Under the pieces are notes generated by a model. That model was not told the origin of the DNA. It searched no databases and saw only the letters and a list, made by a program, of their open reading frames with translations. From an uncultured Alphaproteobacteria bacterium (GTDB lineage Bacteria > Pseudomonadota > Alphaproteobacteria > Rhizobiales > Afifellaceae), in NCBI GenBank assembly GCA_963805325.1, contig CAWDTS010000014.1, positions 5,544 through 69,543 on the forward strand: a DNA stretch of 64,000 nucleotides, read 5' to 3'. Below are positions 1-10,082 of the stretch, in pieces. Numbering within the stretch: the stretch's first letter is position 1; each line of letters opens with the position of its first letter. The position numbers and the translations under genes were made by a program.

Positions 1-462
1 ACCGAAGAGCGGATCAGCATCGTGTTGAAAGCGGATGCGGTCCGATCGCGGATCGGGATCCGGGACGCGGAAGACAGGGGCCGCACCGGCGACGAACTTG
101 CCCTCGACCTTCCCGTCTCGTTTCGGCGCCGCGGGGTTGAGACAAGGCTGATCATCGGGAAAGCAGGCAGTGCTGTGATCGCTCCCGATACGAAGCTGGT
201 CAGTCTTCTTGCACAGGCGCAACGATGGCTCGGCGAACTGCGCGCCGAACGCGAGCTGTCCCTCAACGCCCTTGCAGAGCGGCACCGCGTCGATTCCGGT
301 GATATCAGCCGCATTCTTCCGTTCGCCTTCCTTGCGCCCAATGTCGTCGAGGCCATCCTCGACGGGAGGCAGCCGCCTGAGCTGACCGCGGCGCGGCTGA
401 ACCGGATGAACAAGCTGCCGCCATCCTGGGCCAGGCAGCGGGACCTGCTCGGTTTCAACTGA
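1..462 (+). CDS. site-specific recombinase, C-terminal part (5' end lies outside the window)
   Basis: The frame of ORF 22..462 is open from base 1. The tail ...ISRILPFAFLAPNVVEAILDGRQPPELTAARL...LPPSWARQRDLLGF resembles the conserved C-terminus of recombinase-family proteins of alphaproteobacterial integrative elements. The gene reads toward the 3' end of a tRNA gene. Confidence 0.5.
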   Translation, partial: TEERISIVLKADAVRSRIGIRDAEDRGRTGDELALDLPVSFRRRGVETRLIIGKAGSAVIAPDTKLVSLLAQAQRWLGELRAERELSLNALAERHRVDSGDISRILPFAFLAPNVVEAILDGRQPPELTAARLNRMNKLPPSWARQRDLLGFN

Positions 463-534
463 GCAGGTCGCGGTCCGATCAACCCTTAACATCTTGCTTT
501 CGACCGCGTCGGCTCTGGGTGGGTAATTTGTTTG

Positions 535-576
535 CCGTGCGGCCCGGATTTCACCGGATCCGCACGGGACTTTTTG
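535..576 (+). terminator. stem-loop plus T-run downstream of the recombinase gene
   Basis: CCGTGCGG (535-542) pairs with CCGCACGG (560-567), with inner CCGG/CCGG pairing. It is followed by GGGACTTTTTGG. Confidence 0.4.
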
Positions 577-738
577 GTCGCCGAAATGGCAAACGGAGAC
601 GCTTGCGGGAATTCGCCCAAATTCAGGCCCGACGACAGTCTCCACGGCGCCTTTCGCGAGGAAGCTCCGGCAGAACCCGGGGAACCCCGGCACTTCTGCC
701 TGCAGGGCGAATTGGACAGAGGTTCTGAAGAGACTGGT

Positions 739-814
<76 letters not shown>

Positions 815-1064
815 AAGGGCGGTGGGATCACGTCCCACCGGCGGCGCGCATTTAGGGTCCGACCCCCTGGAGTGTCAAGCATCGCGCTCGGGGCCGGGCC
901 AATTCGGCTCGCGGGCGTGCGACCAGACCGCGCGCGGCTTCTTGCGGGGTGCTGGAGCCCCCGCGCGGCGCGTTACCGCCAGTTTAGAACGCCATCCGTC
1001 CGCTTGTAAGGCGAAGGCTCGGCGGCTAAATGCTGGGTTTGACCTCGCGCCGATCGGAGAAGCG

Positions 1065-1355
1065 ATGCAGGCCGTTCTTTATGTCGTGCTGTTGGCCCTC
1101 GACATCTATTGGTGGATCATCATCGCGAGCGCCGTGTTCTCGTGGCTCTATGCCTTCGGCGTCGTCAATCCGCGCAACCAGGTGGTGGCCGCGATCGGCC
1201 GGTCGCTCTATCAGCTGACGGAGCCGGCGCTCCGCCCGATCCGCCGTTTCGTGCCGAATTTCGGCGGACTCGACGTCACGCCGGTGATCCTGCTCCTGCT
1301 CGTGATCCTGGTTCAGCAGATCATCATCCGTTACATCTTCCCTTACGTGCCGTGA
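1065..1355 (+). CDS. YggT family membrane protein
   Basis: ATG at 1065 is preceded by GGAGA (1056-1060). The 96-aa product has hydrophobic ends and a central ...NPRNQVV..LTEPALRPIRRFVP.FGGLD.TP... motif typical of YggT. The longer listed ORF from 822 has an Arg/Gly-rich, non-protein-like head. Confidence 0.8.
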   Translation: MQAVLYVVLLALDIYWWIIIASAVFSWLYAFGVVNPRNQVVAAIGRSLYQLTEPALRPIRRFVPNFGGLDVTPVILLLLVILVQQIIIRYIFPYVP

Positions 1356-1675
1356 CGAAGGTCTCGGCCGCGGCGTACGCGGCCGATGCCGACGGGCTGA
1401 CGTTGCGCATCCGGCTGACGCCTCGCGGCGGCCGCGATGCGCTTGAAGGCATCGCCGCGATGGCGGATGGCAGCGCTGTGCTCAAGGCGCGTGTCAGCGC
1501 CGCGCCGGAGAAGGGCCTCGCCAATGCGGCGCTCGAGAAGCTGGTCGCCAAGACGCTCGGCGTGCCGAAATCGGCGGTCGCTGTGGTTGGCGGCGAAACC
1601 GCGCGGCTGAAGACGGTGCGGGTCTCGGGCGACGGTGCGCGCCTTGCCGCGCACTGCTTGTCCCTTTGGGAATGA
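1352..1675 (+). CDS. DUF167 (YggU) family protein
   Basis: GTG at 1352 overlaps the yggT stop (GTGA). The sequence LRIRLTPRGGRDALEGI...LKARVSAAPEKGLANAALEKLVAKTLGVPKSAVAVVGGETARLKTVRV matches the DUF167 pattern. yggT-yggU pairing is common. Confidence 0.75.
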   Translation: MTKVSAAAYAADADGLTLRIRLTPRGGRDALEGIAAMADGSAVLKARVSAAPEKGLANAALEKLVAKTLGVPKSAVAVVGGETARLKTVRVSGDGARLAAHCLSLWE

Positions 1676-1679
1676 ACCG

Positions 1680-2336
1680 TCAGGCGGCGAGGCGCGCAAG
1701 CAGCCGGGCGCTGATCTCGCGCGCCAGCGCGTAAATCTCATCCGCACCCTTGGAGCCGGGAGCCATCTCCATGACGGTGCTGCCTTCGCCCATCGACGCC
1801 GCGAAGGCGACGCGGTTTCCGATCCTCGCCGCTGCGACGTCGGCGCCGAACCCGAGAATCTGTTCGATCATGGCGTCGGTCACGCGGGCGCGGGGAGGCA
1901 CGCGGTTTATGACGACGAGCGGCGGAACGGATTCGCGATCGACGATTTTGAGCGTGGCGGAACACGACCATACGTCGACCGGCGTTGGCTGGATCGGAAT
2001 GACGACAAGGCTCGCGGCTTCGATCGCCGGCTTTGCCTCAAGGTCCGATTTCGGCGGCGTGTCGACGACGACGAAATCGTAATCGCGCGCAAGGCCGATC
2101 GCCTCGCGCCGTGCGCCCCAGCCGCTCGCGGTGCGGAAGCCCATGCCCGTATGGCGCTCGCCGAGCCGGCGCTCGCGCGCCTCGAACCATTCGCCGAGAC
2201 TTCCCTGCGGATCGACATCGAGGAGGGCGATGGTCGTGCCATTGAGCCGCGCCAGCGCGACCGCAAGGTGCGCTGCGACCGTCGTCTTGCCGGAGCCGCC
2301 CTTTTGCTGAGCGACCGTGATAACTCTGCCGGCCAT
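1680..2336 (-). CDS. ParA/MinD-like P-loop ATPase (orphan ParA family)
   Basis: MAGRVITVAQQKGGSGKTTVAAHLAVALA.. is a deviant Walker A, and DFVVVDTPP is a Walker B-like motif. ATG chosen at 2336 (CAT at 2334-2336). Confidence 0.8.
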   Translation of the reverse strand: MAGRVITVAQQKGGSGKTTVAAHLAVALARLNGTTIALLDVDPQGSLGEWFEARERRLGERHTGMGFRTASGWGARREAIGLARDYDFVVVDTPPKSDLEAKPAIEAASLVVIPIQPTPVDVWSCSATLKIVDRESVPPLVVINRVPPRARVTDAMIEQILGFGADVAAARIGNRVAFAASMGEGSTVMEMAPGSKGADEIYALAREISARLLARLAA

Positions 2337-2424
2337 GGGAATCATCCCTCTCGGCCGGCATTGTTGCATCGCAATATCGAGATCGGCAATGGCAAAGGCC
2401 GGAACCGGCCAGGCTTTGCACCGA

Positions 2425-2931
2425 TTAGGCGTGGAATTCGTACCAGATACACGGCAGCGTGCGCCCGCCGAGCGTTTCGTCCGTTCGGGCAACGACCTTG
2501 CCGCCATGGTGCAGGTAGAAGTCGTTGGCGCGATCGTTGTCGGCGAGGGCGCGGATAAGGACGCGCGAATAGCCGCGCGCCTTGATGCGTTTCAGAACCG
2601 CCCGGAACAGCCTTATGCCGAGGCCGATGCCCTGATATTCGGGACGTAGATAAAGTTCCTGGACCTCCGCCGCGTTCGGATGGCCGCGGCTGTTCCCGGG
2701 CGCAAAGCTTGCATAGCCGGCGACGGTCCCGCCGACGTCGAGCACCAGAACCGGGCGACGCCCGAGGAGGTCGCGCCACCACGGGCTGCTGCGCCGCACG
2801 ATCATGCGCTCCAGCGTGACGGCCGGGATGATTCCGGAATAGGCCTCGCGCCATGCGACCGCGTGCGTGTCGGCAAGCTGGATTGCGTCCGAGGGGCGGG
2901 CAGGGCGGACATCGATGACGAGCGCGGTCAT
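2425..2931 (-). CDS. GNAT family N-acetyltransferase
   Basis: The sequence ...ELYLRPEYQGIGLGIRLFRAVLKRIKARGYSRVLI... is an acetyl-CoA binding Q/RxxGxG motif. Length 168 aa. Confidence 0.8.
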   Translation of the reverse strand: MTALVIDVRPARPSDAIQLADTHAVAWREAYSGIIPAVTLERMIVRRSSPWWRDLLGRRPVLVLDVGGTVAGYASFAPGNSRGHPNAAEVQELYLRPEYQGIGLGIRLFRAVLKRIKARGYSRVLIRALADNDRANDFYLHHGGKVVARTDETLGGRTLPCIWYEFHA

Positions 2932-3041
2932 GATGAGATGCTACGCTCACTTTTGGAGGCGAGCCAAGTGGAAACGCAAAATTTGAAATCTTCGGAAATT
3001 TACGGCGCGGAAGTTGCGTCCCGGTCACGCCGTCGCCGCGA

Positions 3042-4269
3042 TTGCGTCGTGCGTCAGACGTGATTGCCGGATCGATTGCCGTCATCGTCGCAGCCGCGGC
3101 GATGGCGATGCTGGTTCGCCCGCGGCTCGTCCGCTCGCCCTTCTGGCGTGCCACCGCGACGCCGCTCGCTTCGATCATCGGCAGCGGCTTCCTCGTGTCC
3201 GCGCCGCTTCTGCGCGAGCTTGTCGGCTACTACGCTCCGATCGCGATCGCGGCGCTGCTGGCGCTCTCCTATTTGATCGGCGCGGCGATCCGCGAGAACA
3301 TCGCCTATGTCGAGCCGCTGCTTGAGGACGGCAAGAACCACCGCACGATCGTGCAGATCGAGCACCTCTCAAGCGTCACGCTCGCCTTCGCGTATTTCGT
3401 TTCCGTCGCCTACTACCTCGTGCTCTTCGCAAGCTTCCTGCTCAAGATCGGCGAGGTCGGCGAACCGCTGCCGATCAAGCTCGTCGTAACGGCGATCCTG
3501 CTCGCGATCGGGGTGCTCGGCTACTGGCGGGGTTTTGGCGCGGTGGAGCGGGTCGAGGTCTATGCCGTCTCCACGAAGCTTGCGGTGATCGCAGGAATCG
3601 TCGGGTGCGCTGATCGTCTTTGATCTGACGCTCGTCGCCGGCGGCTGGTCGCCTGCGCCCCTCGACGCGACGATCGACCGGAGCGATATCGCCCCGCTGC
3701 TCGGGCTCCTGATCGTCGTGCAGGGATTCGAGACATCGCGCTTCCTTGGCTCCGAGTATCCGGCTGCGCTGCGCATCCGCACCATGAAGGCCGCGCAGCT
3801 TCTCTCCGCGGCGATCTATCTGGCTTTCTTCGTTCTCGTCCTGCCGCTCTACGTATTGGAGACGAAGAGCGAAGGCGTCGCCGCGATCGTCGACTGGCTC
3901 GCCCCGGTCTCCGCGATCCTCCCGGTGATGATCATCGTGGGCGCGCTGGCCAGCCAGTCGAGCGCCGCGATCGCCGACGCCAACGGCGCAGCCGGGCTCC
4001 TCCATGATCTCACCGGCCACCGTATCCTGGTGCGCTCGGCCTATCCGCTGATCGCGCTCGTTGCGGCGCTCGTCACCTGGCAGACCGACGTTCTGAGCCT
4101 GATCGCCCTCGCGTCACGCTGTTTCGCGCTCTACTACGCGCTCCAATGCGTGGTGGCCGTGATCAGCGCCGTCAAGCGGGACAGCCGCGTGCATGCTGCG
4201 GGCTACTGCGCGCTCGCGCTGCTTTGCTTCGCCGTGGTGATTTTCGGAGCGCCGGTCGAGGGCGGATAA
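3042..4269 (+). pseudogene. polytopic membrane protein of unknown family, split by one frame change
   Basis: ORF 3042..3623 and the ORF ending at 4269 are both strongly hydrophobic. Frame 1 is already open and hydrophobic from about 3601 (SGALIVFDLTLVAGGW...). The two halves join if one base is removed at the GGG run 3603-3605. The start codon is uncertain (TTG 3042, GTG about 3057, or ATG 3102). Confidence 0.5.
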
Positions 4270-4385
4270 GCGTTTCGCCGGCTTGCTCACGGTCAAGTGA
4301 AGTGCCGATTGAAACTCGGTTAAAACCCGGAGGCTCCTGGCTCCGTAGCTCCTCTCGTCGACACAGACGTTAGGAGATCATCGAC

Positions 4386-4964
4386 ATGTTCAAATTGACC
4401 AATCTTGCCCGCACCACGCTCGTTGCATCGGCCGTCGGACTTGCTTCTGCCCTCGCCATGTCACCGGCAATCGCAGAGGAGCCGGTCATCGTCGGCGGCG
4501 CGGCGATGTACGCCCAGAAGAATATCATCGAGAACGCCGTCAACTCGAAGGACCACACGACGCTGGTCGCGGCAGTGAAGGCCGCCGGTCTCGTCGACAC
4601 GCTGTCAGGCCCGGGTCCTTTCACGGTCTTCGCGCCGACCAACGCGGCCTTTGACAAGCTGCCGCCGGGAACGGTGGAAGATCTTCTGAAGCCGGAGAAC
4701 AAGGACACACTGACGCACATCCTCACGTACCATGTCGTCCCGGCCAAGGCGACGTCGGAGGCCGCCATGAAGATGATCAAGGACGACGGCGGCGAGCATA
4801 AGGTGAAGACCGTTTCCGGCGACACGCTCACCCTCAAGATGGACGGTGATCATCTCGTCGTCATCGACGAGATGGGCAACACCGCCACCGTGACTCAGGC
4901 CGACGTCATGCAGTCGAACGGCGTGATCCATGTCATCGACACGGTGCTGATGCCGAAGATGTAG
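4386..4964 (+). CDS. secreted fasciclin (FAS1) domain protein
   Basis: It has a signal peptide (..SALAMSPAIA/EEP) and FAS1 motifs TVFAPTNAAFDKLP, LTYHVVPAK and GVIHVIDTVLMP. GGAGA is 6 nt upstream of the ATG. Confidence 0.85.
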   Translation: MFKLTNLARTTLVASAVGLASALAMSPAIAEEPVIVGGAAMYAQKNIIENAVNSKDHTTLVAAVKAAGLVDTLSGPGPFTVFAPTNAAFDKLPPGTVEDLLKPENKDTLTHILTYHVVPAKATSEAAMKMIKDDGGEHKVKTVSGDTLTLKMDGDHLVVIDEMGNTATVTQADVMQSNGVIHVIDTVLMPKM

Positions 4965-4987
4965 TCGTCACTTTCCGACATGAGACG

Positions 4988-5010
4988 GGCGGCCGGAAGT
5001 TCCGGCCGCC
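4988..5010. terminator. GC-rich hairpin between convergent genes
   Basis: GGCGGCCGGA-agt-TCCGGCCGCC is a perfect 10-bp stem. It lies between the fasciclin stop (4964) and the anti-sigma stop (5020). Confidence 0.5.
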
Positions 5011-5019
5011 TCGTCGCGT

Positions 5020-5715
5020 CTATTCGATCGGGATCAGGCGGCCGGTATAGACGACAGGACCGGTGGCGACGCCGGTCGGCGATCCTCCCTCCGGCTCCAC
5101 GGTCACGGCGATGATGCCGTTGACCGGACCCTTTCCGAGGGCGTCGCGGATCGTCTGTGCGCTCGCGCCGGCCTGAAGAATCCCGAGCGACTTCGCATTC
5201 TGCCCCTCGGGGATGTGCCAGAGCTCGAGGCTGTGTCCGCTGGGTACCTGGGCGGTGACGCTGCGCACGATGATCGTGCCGCTTGCCGTGTCGACCTCGG
5301 CGATCAGCGCCGGCTCGCGCCCACCGGAATCGACCACGGCGACATAGCGCCCCGTTTCGGGGGGCAGCGTCGAGAGCCGGTCGAGCACGACGACGACCGC
5401 TAGCCCCGCGGCGAGGGCGCCGAGCGCTGCTGCAGTGGTTTTCCAGGCCGTGATGCGTCGCCGCAGGGTCACAACATTCGGCGCCGCAGTCGAAGCGCCA
5501 CTGGCGATGGCCCGCTCGACCTTTGACCAGAGGCCGGCCGGCGGCGCGATTTCAGGGCTCGCTTCCGCCAGCGGGGAGAGCTTCTCTTCCCATTGCGCAA
5601 CGGCTTCCTGAAGCTCGGAATCGCTGGCGAGCCGGCGCGCGAAGGCATCCCGCTCCGGGCCGGAGAGGGTTCCCAGCACATACTCGGCAGCAGCGCGTTC
5701 GAGCTCCTCGTTCAT
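5020..5715 (-). CDS. anti-sigma factor, RskA (anti-sigma-K) like
   Basis: The N-terminal MNEELERAAAEYVLGTLSGPERDAFARRL is zinc-finger-less anti-sigma-like. It has one TM helix (AAALGALAAGLAVVVVL). The C-terminal LELWHIP.G...SLGIL...IAVTVEPEGGSPTGVATGPVV is typical of the RskA extracytoplasmic domain. Its ATG at 5715 overlaps the sigma stop (ATGA). Confidence 0.75.
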   Translation of the reverse strand: MNEELERAAAEYVLGTLSGPERDAFARRLASDSELQEAVAQWEEKLSPLAEASPEIAPPAGLWSKVERAIASGASTAAPNVVTLRRRITAWKTTAAALGALAAGLAVVVVLDRLSTLPPETGRYVAVVDSGGREPALIAEVDTASGTIIVRSVTAQVPSGHSLELWHIPEGQNAKSLGILQAGASAQTIRDALGKGPVNGIIAVTVEPEGGSPTGVATGPVVYTGRLIPIE

Positions 5716-6221
5716 TCCTGCTCCAGACAGGCTTTCAGCGCCTTCGTCGTCCGGTGTAACAGCGTCTTGATCGTGCCGACGGGGCGACCGAATTGCTCGG
5801 CAAGCTCCTCGCGAGAATAGCCCGAGCAATACGCGAGGATCACGCAGCGGCGCGCCTCCTCATCGAGAGCTCCCAGGCACTGCCTGAGGCTCTGTCTCGT
5901 CACCGGGTTCACCTCGGGCGCGGCAAGCCGCTCCAAGATGCTCTCGTCGTAGTCGCTTCTAGCCCGCTCGATGCGGCTGGCGCGGATGCGGTCCAGTGCG
6001 GCGTTGCGGGCTATCGCGGCAAGCCAGGCCATGGGCTGGCCCGCCTCGGGCCTGTAGAGGGACGCTTTTCGCCATACACGCACATAAGCATCCTGCAGGA
6101 TCTCTTCCGCTTCGGCTCTGTTGCCGGTGATACGAAGCACGATCCCGAATAGTTTTGGAGAGGTCGCATCGTAGAGCGCACGGAATGCCTCACGATCGCC
6201 AGCCGCGACTTTGCTCAGCAT
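5712..6221 (-). CDS. ECF (sigma-70 family) RNA polymerase sigma factor, SigK-like
   Basis: Region 2 reads GDREAFRALYDATSPKLFGIVLRITGNRAEAEEILQDAYVRVW. Region 4 reads CVILAYCSGYSREELAEQFGRPVGTIKTLLHRTTKALK. Start taken at MLSKVAAGD (6221). Confidence 0.85.
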   Translation of the reverse strand: MLSKVAAGDREAFRALYDATSPKLFGIVLRITGNRAEAEEILQDAYVRVWRKASLYRPEAGQPMAWLAAIARNAALDRIRASRIERARSDYDESILERLAAPEVNPVTRQSLRQCLGALDEEARRCVILAYCSGYSREELAEQFGRPVGTIKTLLHRTTKALKACLEQE

Positions 6222-6366
6222 CCTTTGGAGATCGACCCCGATCTTAATGCCTCCCCAGGCGCACGCTCGTGTCGGCATTGATGCCTTTGGCGCGTGGCCG
6301 AGAGTGGCGTAACGGACCTGCGAGAGCAAGGGCGGGGGGCGTGGCTTCCTGCCGGCCGAGGGGCCG

Positions 6367-7653
6367 CTATTCTGAAGCGGCGTAGATCTCCACGGGCTCC
6401 GCAACGCCACGGAAGCTGAAGTTGCCGAGAGGGTCGAGGGGCGTGTCGAGAAGCTCTGCGACGCGCTCGGTAAGCAGCAGCCGGCGGCCGGTTTCTTTCG
6501 CCAGCGGTTCCACGCGCGCGGCGAGGTTCACGGCCGGGCCGGTGGCGGTGAAATCCAGCCGGTCCGCCGAGCCGATGTTGCCGTAAAAGACAGGGCCGCG
6601 ATGCAGCGCAATCCCGGTATTGAGCGGCCGCCAGTCCCCGTTGATTGCAAGCAAGTCGCCGGCCTCGCCGTTCAGAGCGCGGATCGCGCCAAGACCGGCA
6701 CGCGCTGCCGAGAGCGCTGCCGCCGCAGCGTCGCGTGCGGAGGTCGTCGAACCGATCGGGAAGATCGCGAGCATCCCGTCGCCGATGAACTTCAGGACCT
6801 CTCCACCGTGATTGCTCACCGCCTCGACGAGGCCCTCGAAGTAGGCATTCATGACGCGGATCACGTCGGGACCGGGAAGACGGTCGGAGAGACCCGTATA
6901 GTCGCGCATGTCGGACACCCAGATGACCGCATCGATCATCTCGCCCGATCCGCGCCTGATCTCGCCGGCGAGTACGCGCCCGCCGCTCCGCTCGCCGAGA
7001 TAGGCGGTGAGCACATTCTCGGCGATGCGGCCGAGTGCGATCAGATCGAGATTGAGGGCCAGCGCCGGGATGAGAGCCTGCAAGGCCGCGAGGTCGCCCG
7101 CCTTGAAGCCGCCGCGGCCGCGGGTGGCCACCGTCATCGCACTGTGGAAACTGCGCGCGTGCGGGATCGGGAACGCCCAATAGTCGGTGATCCCGTCTGC
7201 TGCGAACGCGGCCATCATCGGAAACTGCATCGCCGTGTCCGGGTCCTGCGGATTGAGGCGGATGGCCGTTCGTTCGTCGATGACGGGGCGCAGGGGACTG
7301 AGCTTGAAATCGCTCGTCTCGCGTATATGCACGTTCACCTTAAGCTCGCTGCAGAATCCCTGCTTCGGGTTCCAGTTGGCCGTGAAGCCAAGGACCTGGG
7401 GATGCAGCGTCCCGATGTGGAATGTGGCGCGGTCGAAAAGGAAGCCTGCTGCGACGAGCCGCGACATGAGGCCGTCCATCAACTCGCAGAGCCCGGCGGC
7501 GCTCGCATCGCCGGAGAGGAGCCAGTCCAGCGGTGCGCCGTCGGTCTCGACGGGATTCGTCACCGGAATCCGGCGGACGAGCTGCATATCCCGAGGAAAT
7601 TCGGACTCGCGAGGCAGCGGGGCGGCTTGCGGAACGGGAGCGGAGAGGGACAT
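6367..7653 (-). CDS. class III adenylate/guanylate cyclase with an N-terminal domain of unknown type
   Basis: The C-terminal CYC domain reads VIWVSDMRDYTGLSD...KFIGDGMLAIFP...GIALHRGPVFYGNIGSADRLDFTATGPAVNLAARVE. ATG at 7653 is preferred over TTG at 7707, which abuts the typA stop. Confidence 0.8.
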   Translation of the reverse strand: MSLSAPVPQAAPLPRESEFPRDMQLVRRIPVTNPVETDGAPLDWLLSGDASAAGLCELMDGLMSRLVAAGFLFDRATFHIGTLHPQVLGFTANWNPKQGFCSELKVNVHIRETSDFKLSPLRPVIDERTAIRLNPQDPDTAMQFPMMAAFAADGITDYWAFPIPHARSFHSAMTVATRGRGGFKAGDLAALQALIPALALNLDLIALGRIAENVLTAYLGERSGGRVLAGEIRRGSGEMIDAVIWVSDMRDYTGLSDRLPGPDVIRVMNAYFEGLVEAVSNHGGEVLKFIGDGMLAIFPIGSTTSARDAAAAALSAARAGLGAIRALNGEAGDLLAINGDWRPLNTGIALHRGPVFYGNIGSADRLDFTATGPAVNLAARVEPLAKETGRRLLLTERVAELLDTPLDPLGNFSFRGVAEPVEIYAASE

Positions 7654-7708
7654 CGGACCGCCAGATTTTTCCGTGCCCGTAGATGGGCGCGTCGATCTGC
7701 CCTTCAAG

Positions 7709-9535
7709 TTACGCCGCGCTGGCCGCTTTGGCGCGGCTGGCGCGCTTGCGGTCGTTCGGATCGAGAATCACCTTGCGAAGCCGGATCGATTTCGGCGTCA
7801 CCTCCACCAGCTCGTCCTCCTGGATATAGGAGAGCGCGCGTTCGAGGCTGAGCTTCATCGGGGGCGTTAGGATCGTCGCCTCGTCCTTGCCGGAGGCGCG
7901 GACGTTGGTGAGCTGCTTTCCCTTCATGACGTTGATCTCGAGATCGTTGCCGCGCGTGTGCTCTCCGACGATCATGCCGCGATAGACGCGCATCCCCGGC
8001 TCGATCATCATCGGCCCGCGGTCCTGCAGGTTGAAGATCGCGTAGGCGACGGCTTCGCCCTGCGAATTGGAGAGAAGCACGCCGGTGTGACGACCGGGAA
8101 TCTCGCCGCGGAACGGTTCCCATGCATGGAAGATGCGGTTCATGATCGCGGTGCCGCGCGTGTCCGACAGAAGCTGCGGCTGGTAGCCGATCAGCCCGCG
8201 CGTCGGGATGTAGAAGCGCAGGCGCACGCGGCCGGCGCCCGAGGGACGCATCTCGACCAGCTCGCCCTTGCGACTCGACAGCGTCTCGATGACGATTCCG
8301 GAATGCTCCTCGTCCACGTCGATGATGACTTCCTCGATCGGTTCGAGCTTGACGCCGTTCTCCTCGCGAACGACGACGCGCGGCTTGCCGATGGTGAGCT
8401 CGAAACCTTCACGCCGCATCGTCTCGATCAGGATGCCGAGCTGCAATTCGCCGCGGCCTGCGACCTCGAAGGAATCCTTGTCCTCGCCCTCAGTGATCTT
8501 GAGCGCAACGTTGCCTTCCGCTTCGCGCAGGAGCCGGTCGCGGATGACGCGGCTTTGCACCTTGTCGCCCTCCTGTCCGGCGAGCGGCCCGTCGTTGATG
8601 CGAAAGGTCATGGCGAGTGTCGGCGGGTCGATTGGCTGCGCCGAAATCGGCGTCTCCACCGATGGATCGCATAGCGTGTCGGCGACGCTCGCCTCCTGAA
8701 GCCCGGCGATCGCGACGATGTCGCCCGCCTCGCCGGAGTCGATGCCGCGCCGCTCCAGTCCGCGGAAGGCAAGCACCTTGGAGATGCGAAAGGTCTCAAC
8801 CGTTTCGCCTTCGCGCGACAGCGCCTTGACGGTCTGCCCGGCTTTCACCGAGCCGGAACGGATGCGGCCGGTCAGGATGCGGCCCAGAAACGCGTCAGCC
8901 TCCAGCGTCGTCGCCAGCATGCGAAAGGGACCCGGCTCAGTGACCGGCGGCGCGACGTGCTCCAGCACCTTGTCGAGGAGCGGCGCGATGCCGTCCTTCG
9001 GGCCGTCCGGCGAGAGCGCCATCCAGCCCTGCTTGGCGGAACCGTAGAGGACGGGGAAATCGAGCTGCGCCTCGTTGGCGTCGAGCGCCGCAAAGAGATC
9101 GAAGACGGCGTTCAGCGTGACGTCAGGCTGCGCGTCCGGCCGGTCCACCTTGTTGACGACGACGATCGGCTTCAGCCCGATGGCGAGCGCCTTCATGAGC
9201 ACGAACTTGGTCTGCGGCATCGGCCCTTCGGCCGCATCGACGAGGAGAATCGCGCCGTCAACCATGTTCAGGATTCGCTCCACCTCGCCGCCGAAATCGG
9301 CGTGACCGGGCGTATCGACGATGTTGATGCGCGTGCCCTTCCACAGGAGCGAGGTCACCTTGGCGAGGATGGTGATGCCGCGCTCCTGCTCGAGCGCGTT
9401 GGAGTCCATGGCGCGTTCGGCCACCTTTTGGCCGGCCCGGAAGGTGCCGGAGGCGCCGAGAAGCACGTCGATCAGGGTCGTCTTGCCATGATCGACATGC
9501 GCGATGATGGCGACGTTGCGAAGGGTCGCGGGCAC
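7709..9535 (-). CDS. typA: translational GTPase TypA/BipA
   Basis: Motifs seen: [34 protein letters not shown]. The full-length 608-aa product has the EF-G-like domain order. Confidence 0.95.
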   Translation of the reverse strand: MPATLRNVAIIAHVDHGKTTLIDVLLGASGTFRAGQKVAERAMDSNALEQERGITILAKVTSLLWKGTRINIVDTPGHADFGGEVERILNMVDGAILLVDAAEGPMPQTKFVLMKALAIGLKPIVVVNKVDRPDAQPDVTLNAVFDLFAALDANEAQLDFPVLYGSAKQGWMALSPDGPKDGIAPLLDKVLEHVAPPVTEPGPFRMLATTLEADAFLGRILTGRIRSGSVKAGQTVKALSREGETVETFRISKVLAFRGLERRGIDSGEAGDIVAIAGLQEASVADTLCDPSVETPISAQPIDPPTLAMTFRINDGPLAGQEGDKVQSRVIRDRLLREAEGNVALKITEGEDKDSFEVAGRGELQLGILIETMRREGFELTIGKPRVVVREENGVKLEPIEEVIIDVDEEHSGIVIETLSSRKGELVEMRPSGAGRVRLRFYIPTRGLIGYQPQLLSDTRGTAIMNRIFHAWEPFRGEIPGRHTGVLLSNSQGEAVAYAIFNLQDRGPMMIEPGMRVYRGMIVGEHTRGNDLEINVMKGKQLTNVRASGKDEATILTPPMKLSLERALSYIQEDELVEVTPKSIRLRKVILDPNDRKRASRAKAASAA

Positions 9536-9660
9536 GAAAAACCTGCTGGATTTGGAAGTCGCGGCCGAGATAGCCGATTTTCAAAGCCCAAGATAGGTAC
9601 GCTGAGGCCGCGTTTCATCCCCGGGGGCCCGGGCTTTCCGGTGCTTTTCCCCGTGCTAGG

Positions 9661-10020
9661 ATGCGAATCATCAATGGAGCCAGCCGGGCCGTGCGTCGCA
9701 TTCTCGCTGCCGGACTTGCCGGGATGGCGCTCGTCGGCCTGACGGGCGAAGCGGCGGCGTTCGACCGCCGGGTCAGGATCGTCAACGATTCGCACCACAA
9801 GATCGTCGGCTTCTATGCAACGAATACCGCGCTCAAGGACTGGCCAGAGAGCCTGCTTGGCGACGACGTGCTGCCGGCAGCCGCCTCGGTCGTGCTGAAT
9901 TTCGAGGACGGCAGCGGCTATTGTCGCTACCGCTTCCGCGCCGTGTTCGATGACGGCGTGACGCTTGAGCGGGCGAGCGTGAACATCTGCGAGGTCGGAA
10001 CCTATCGCTACACAGACTGA
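9661..10020 (+). CDS. small secreted hypothetical protein
   Basis: 119 aa with a signal-like N-terminus (AGLAGMALVGLTGEAAA/FD). The two Cys residues and the composition look protein-like. No family recognised. Confidence 0.5.
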   Translation: MRIINGASRAVRRILAAGLAGMALVGLTGEAAAFDRRVRIVNDSHHKIVGFYATNTALKDWPESLLGDDVLPAAASVVLNFEDGSGYCRYRFRAVFDDGVTLERASVNICEVGTYRYTD

Positions 10021-10082
10021 GGGGACGCCGGTGACCCGAAACGGCCTGACGCTTCGGTCTGCCGCACGGTCGCGATAGAGGC

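Larger units (their letters stand above)
1..738. mobile_element. probable right-hand end of an integrated element abutting tRNA-Ala
   Basis: The recombinase gene ends about 275 bp from the CCA end of the tRNA at 739..814. The rest of any element would lie left of the window, so boundaries and att repeats cannot be confirmed here. Confidence 0.3.

Noticed and set aside
6215-7851. ORFs 6215..7180 (-), 6601..7851 (+) and 7187..7870 (+) overlapping the first cyclase gene.
   Set aside because: These are Arg/Pro/Gly-rich shadow frames. The cyclase frame carries the class III catalytic motifs.
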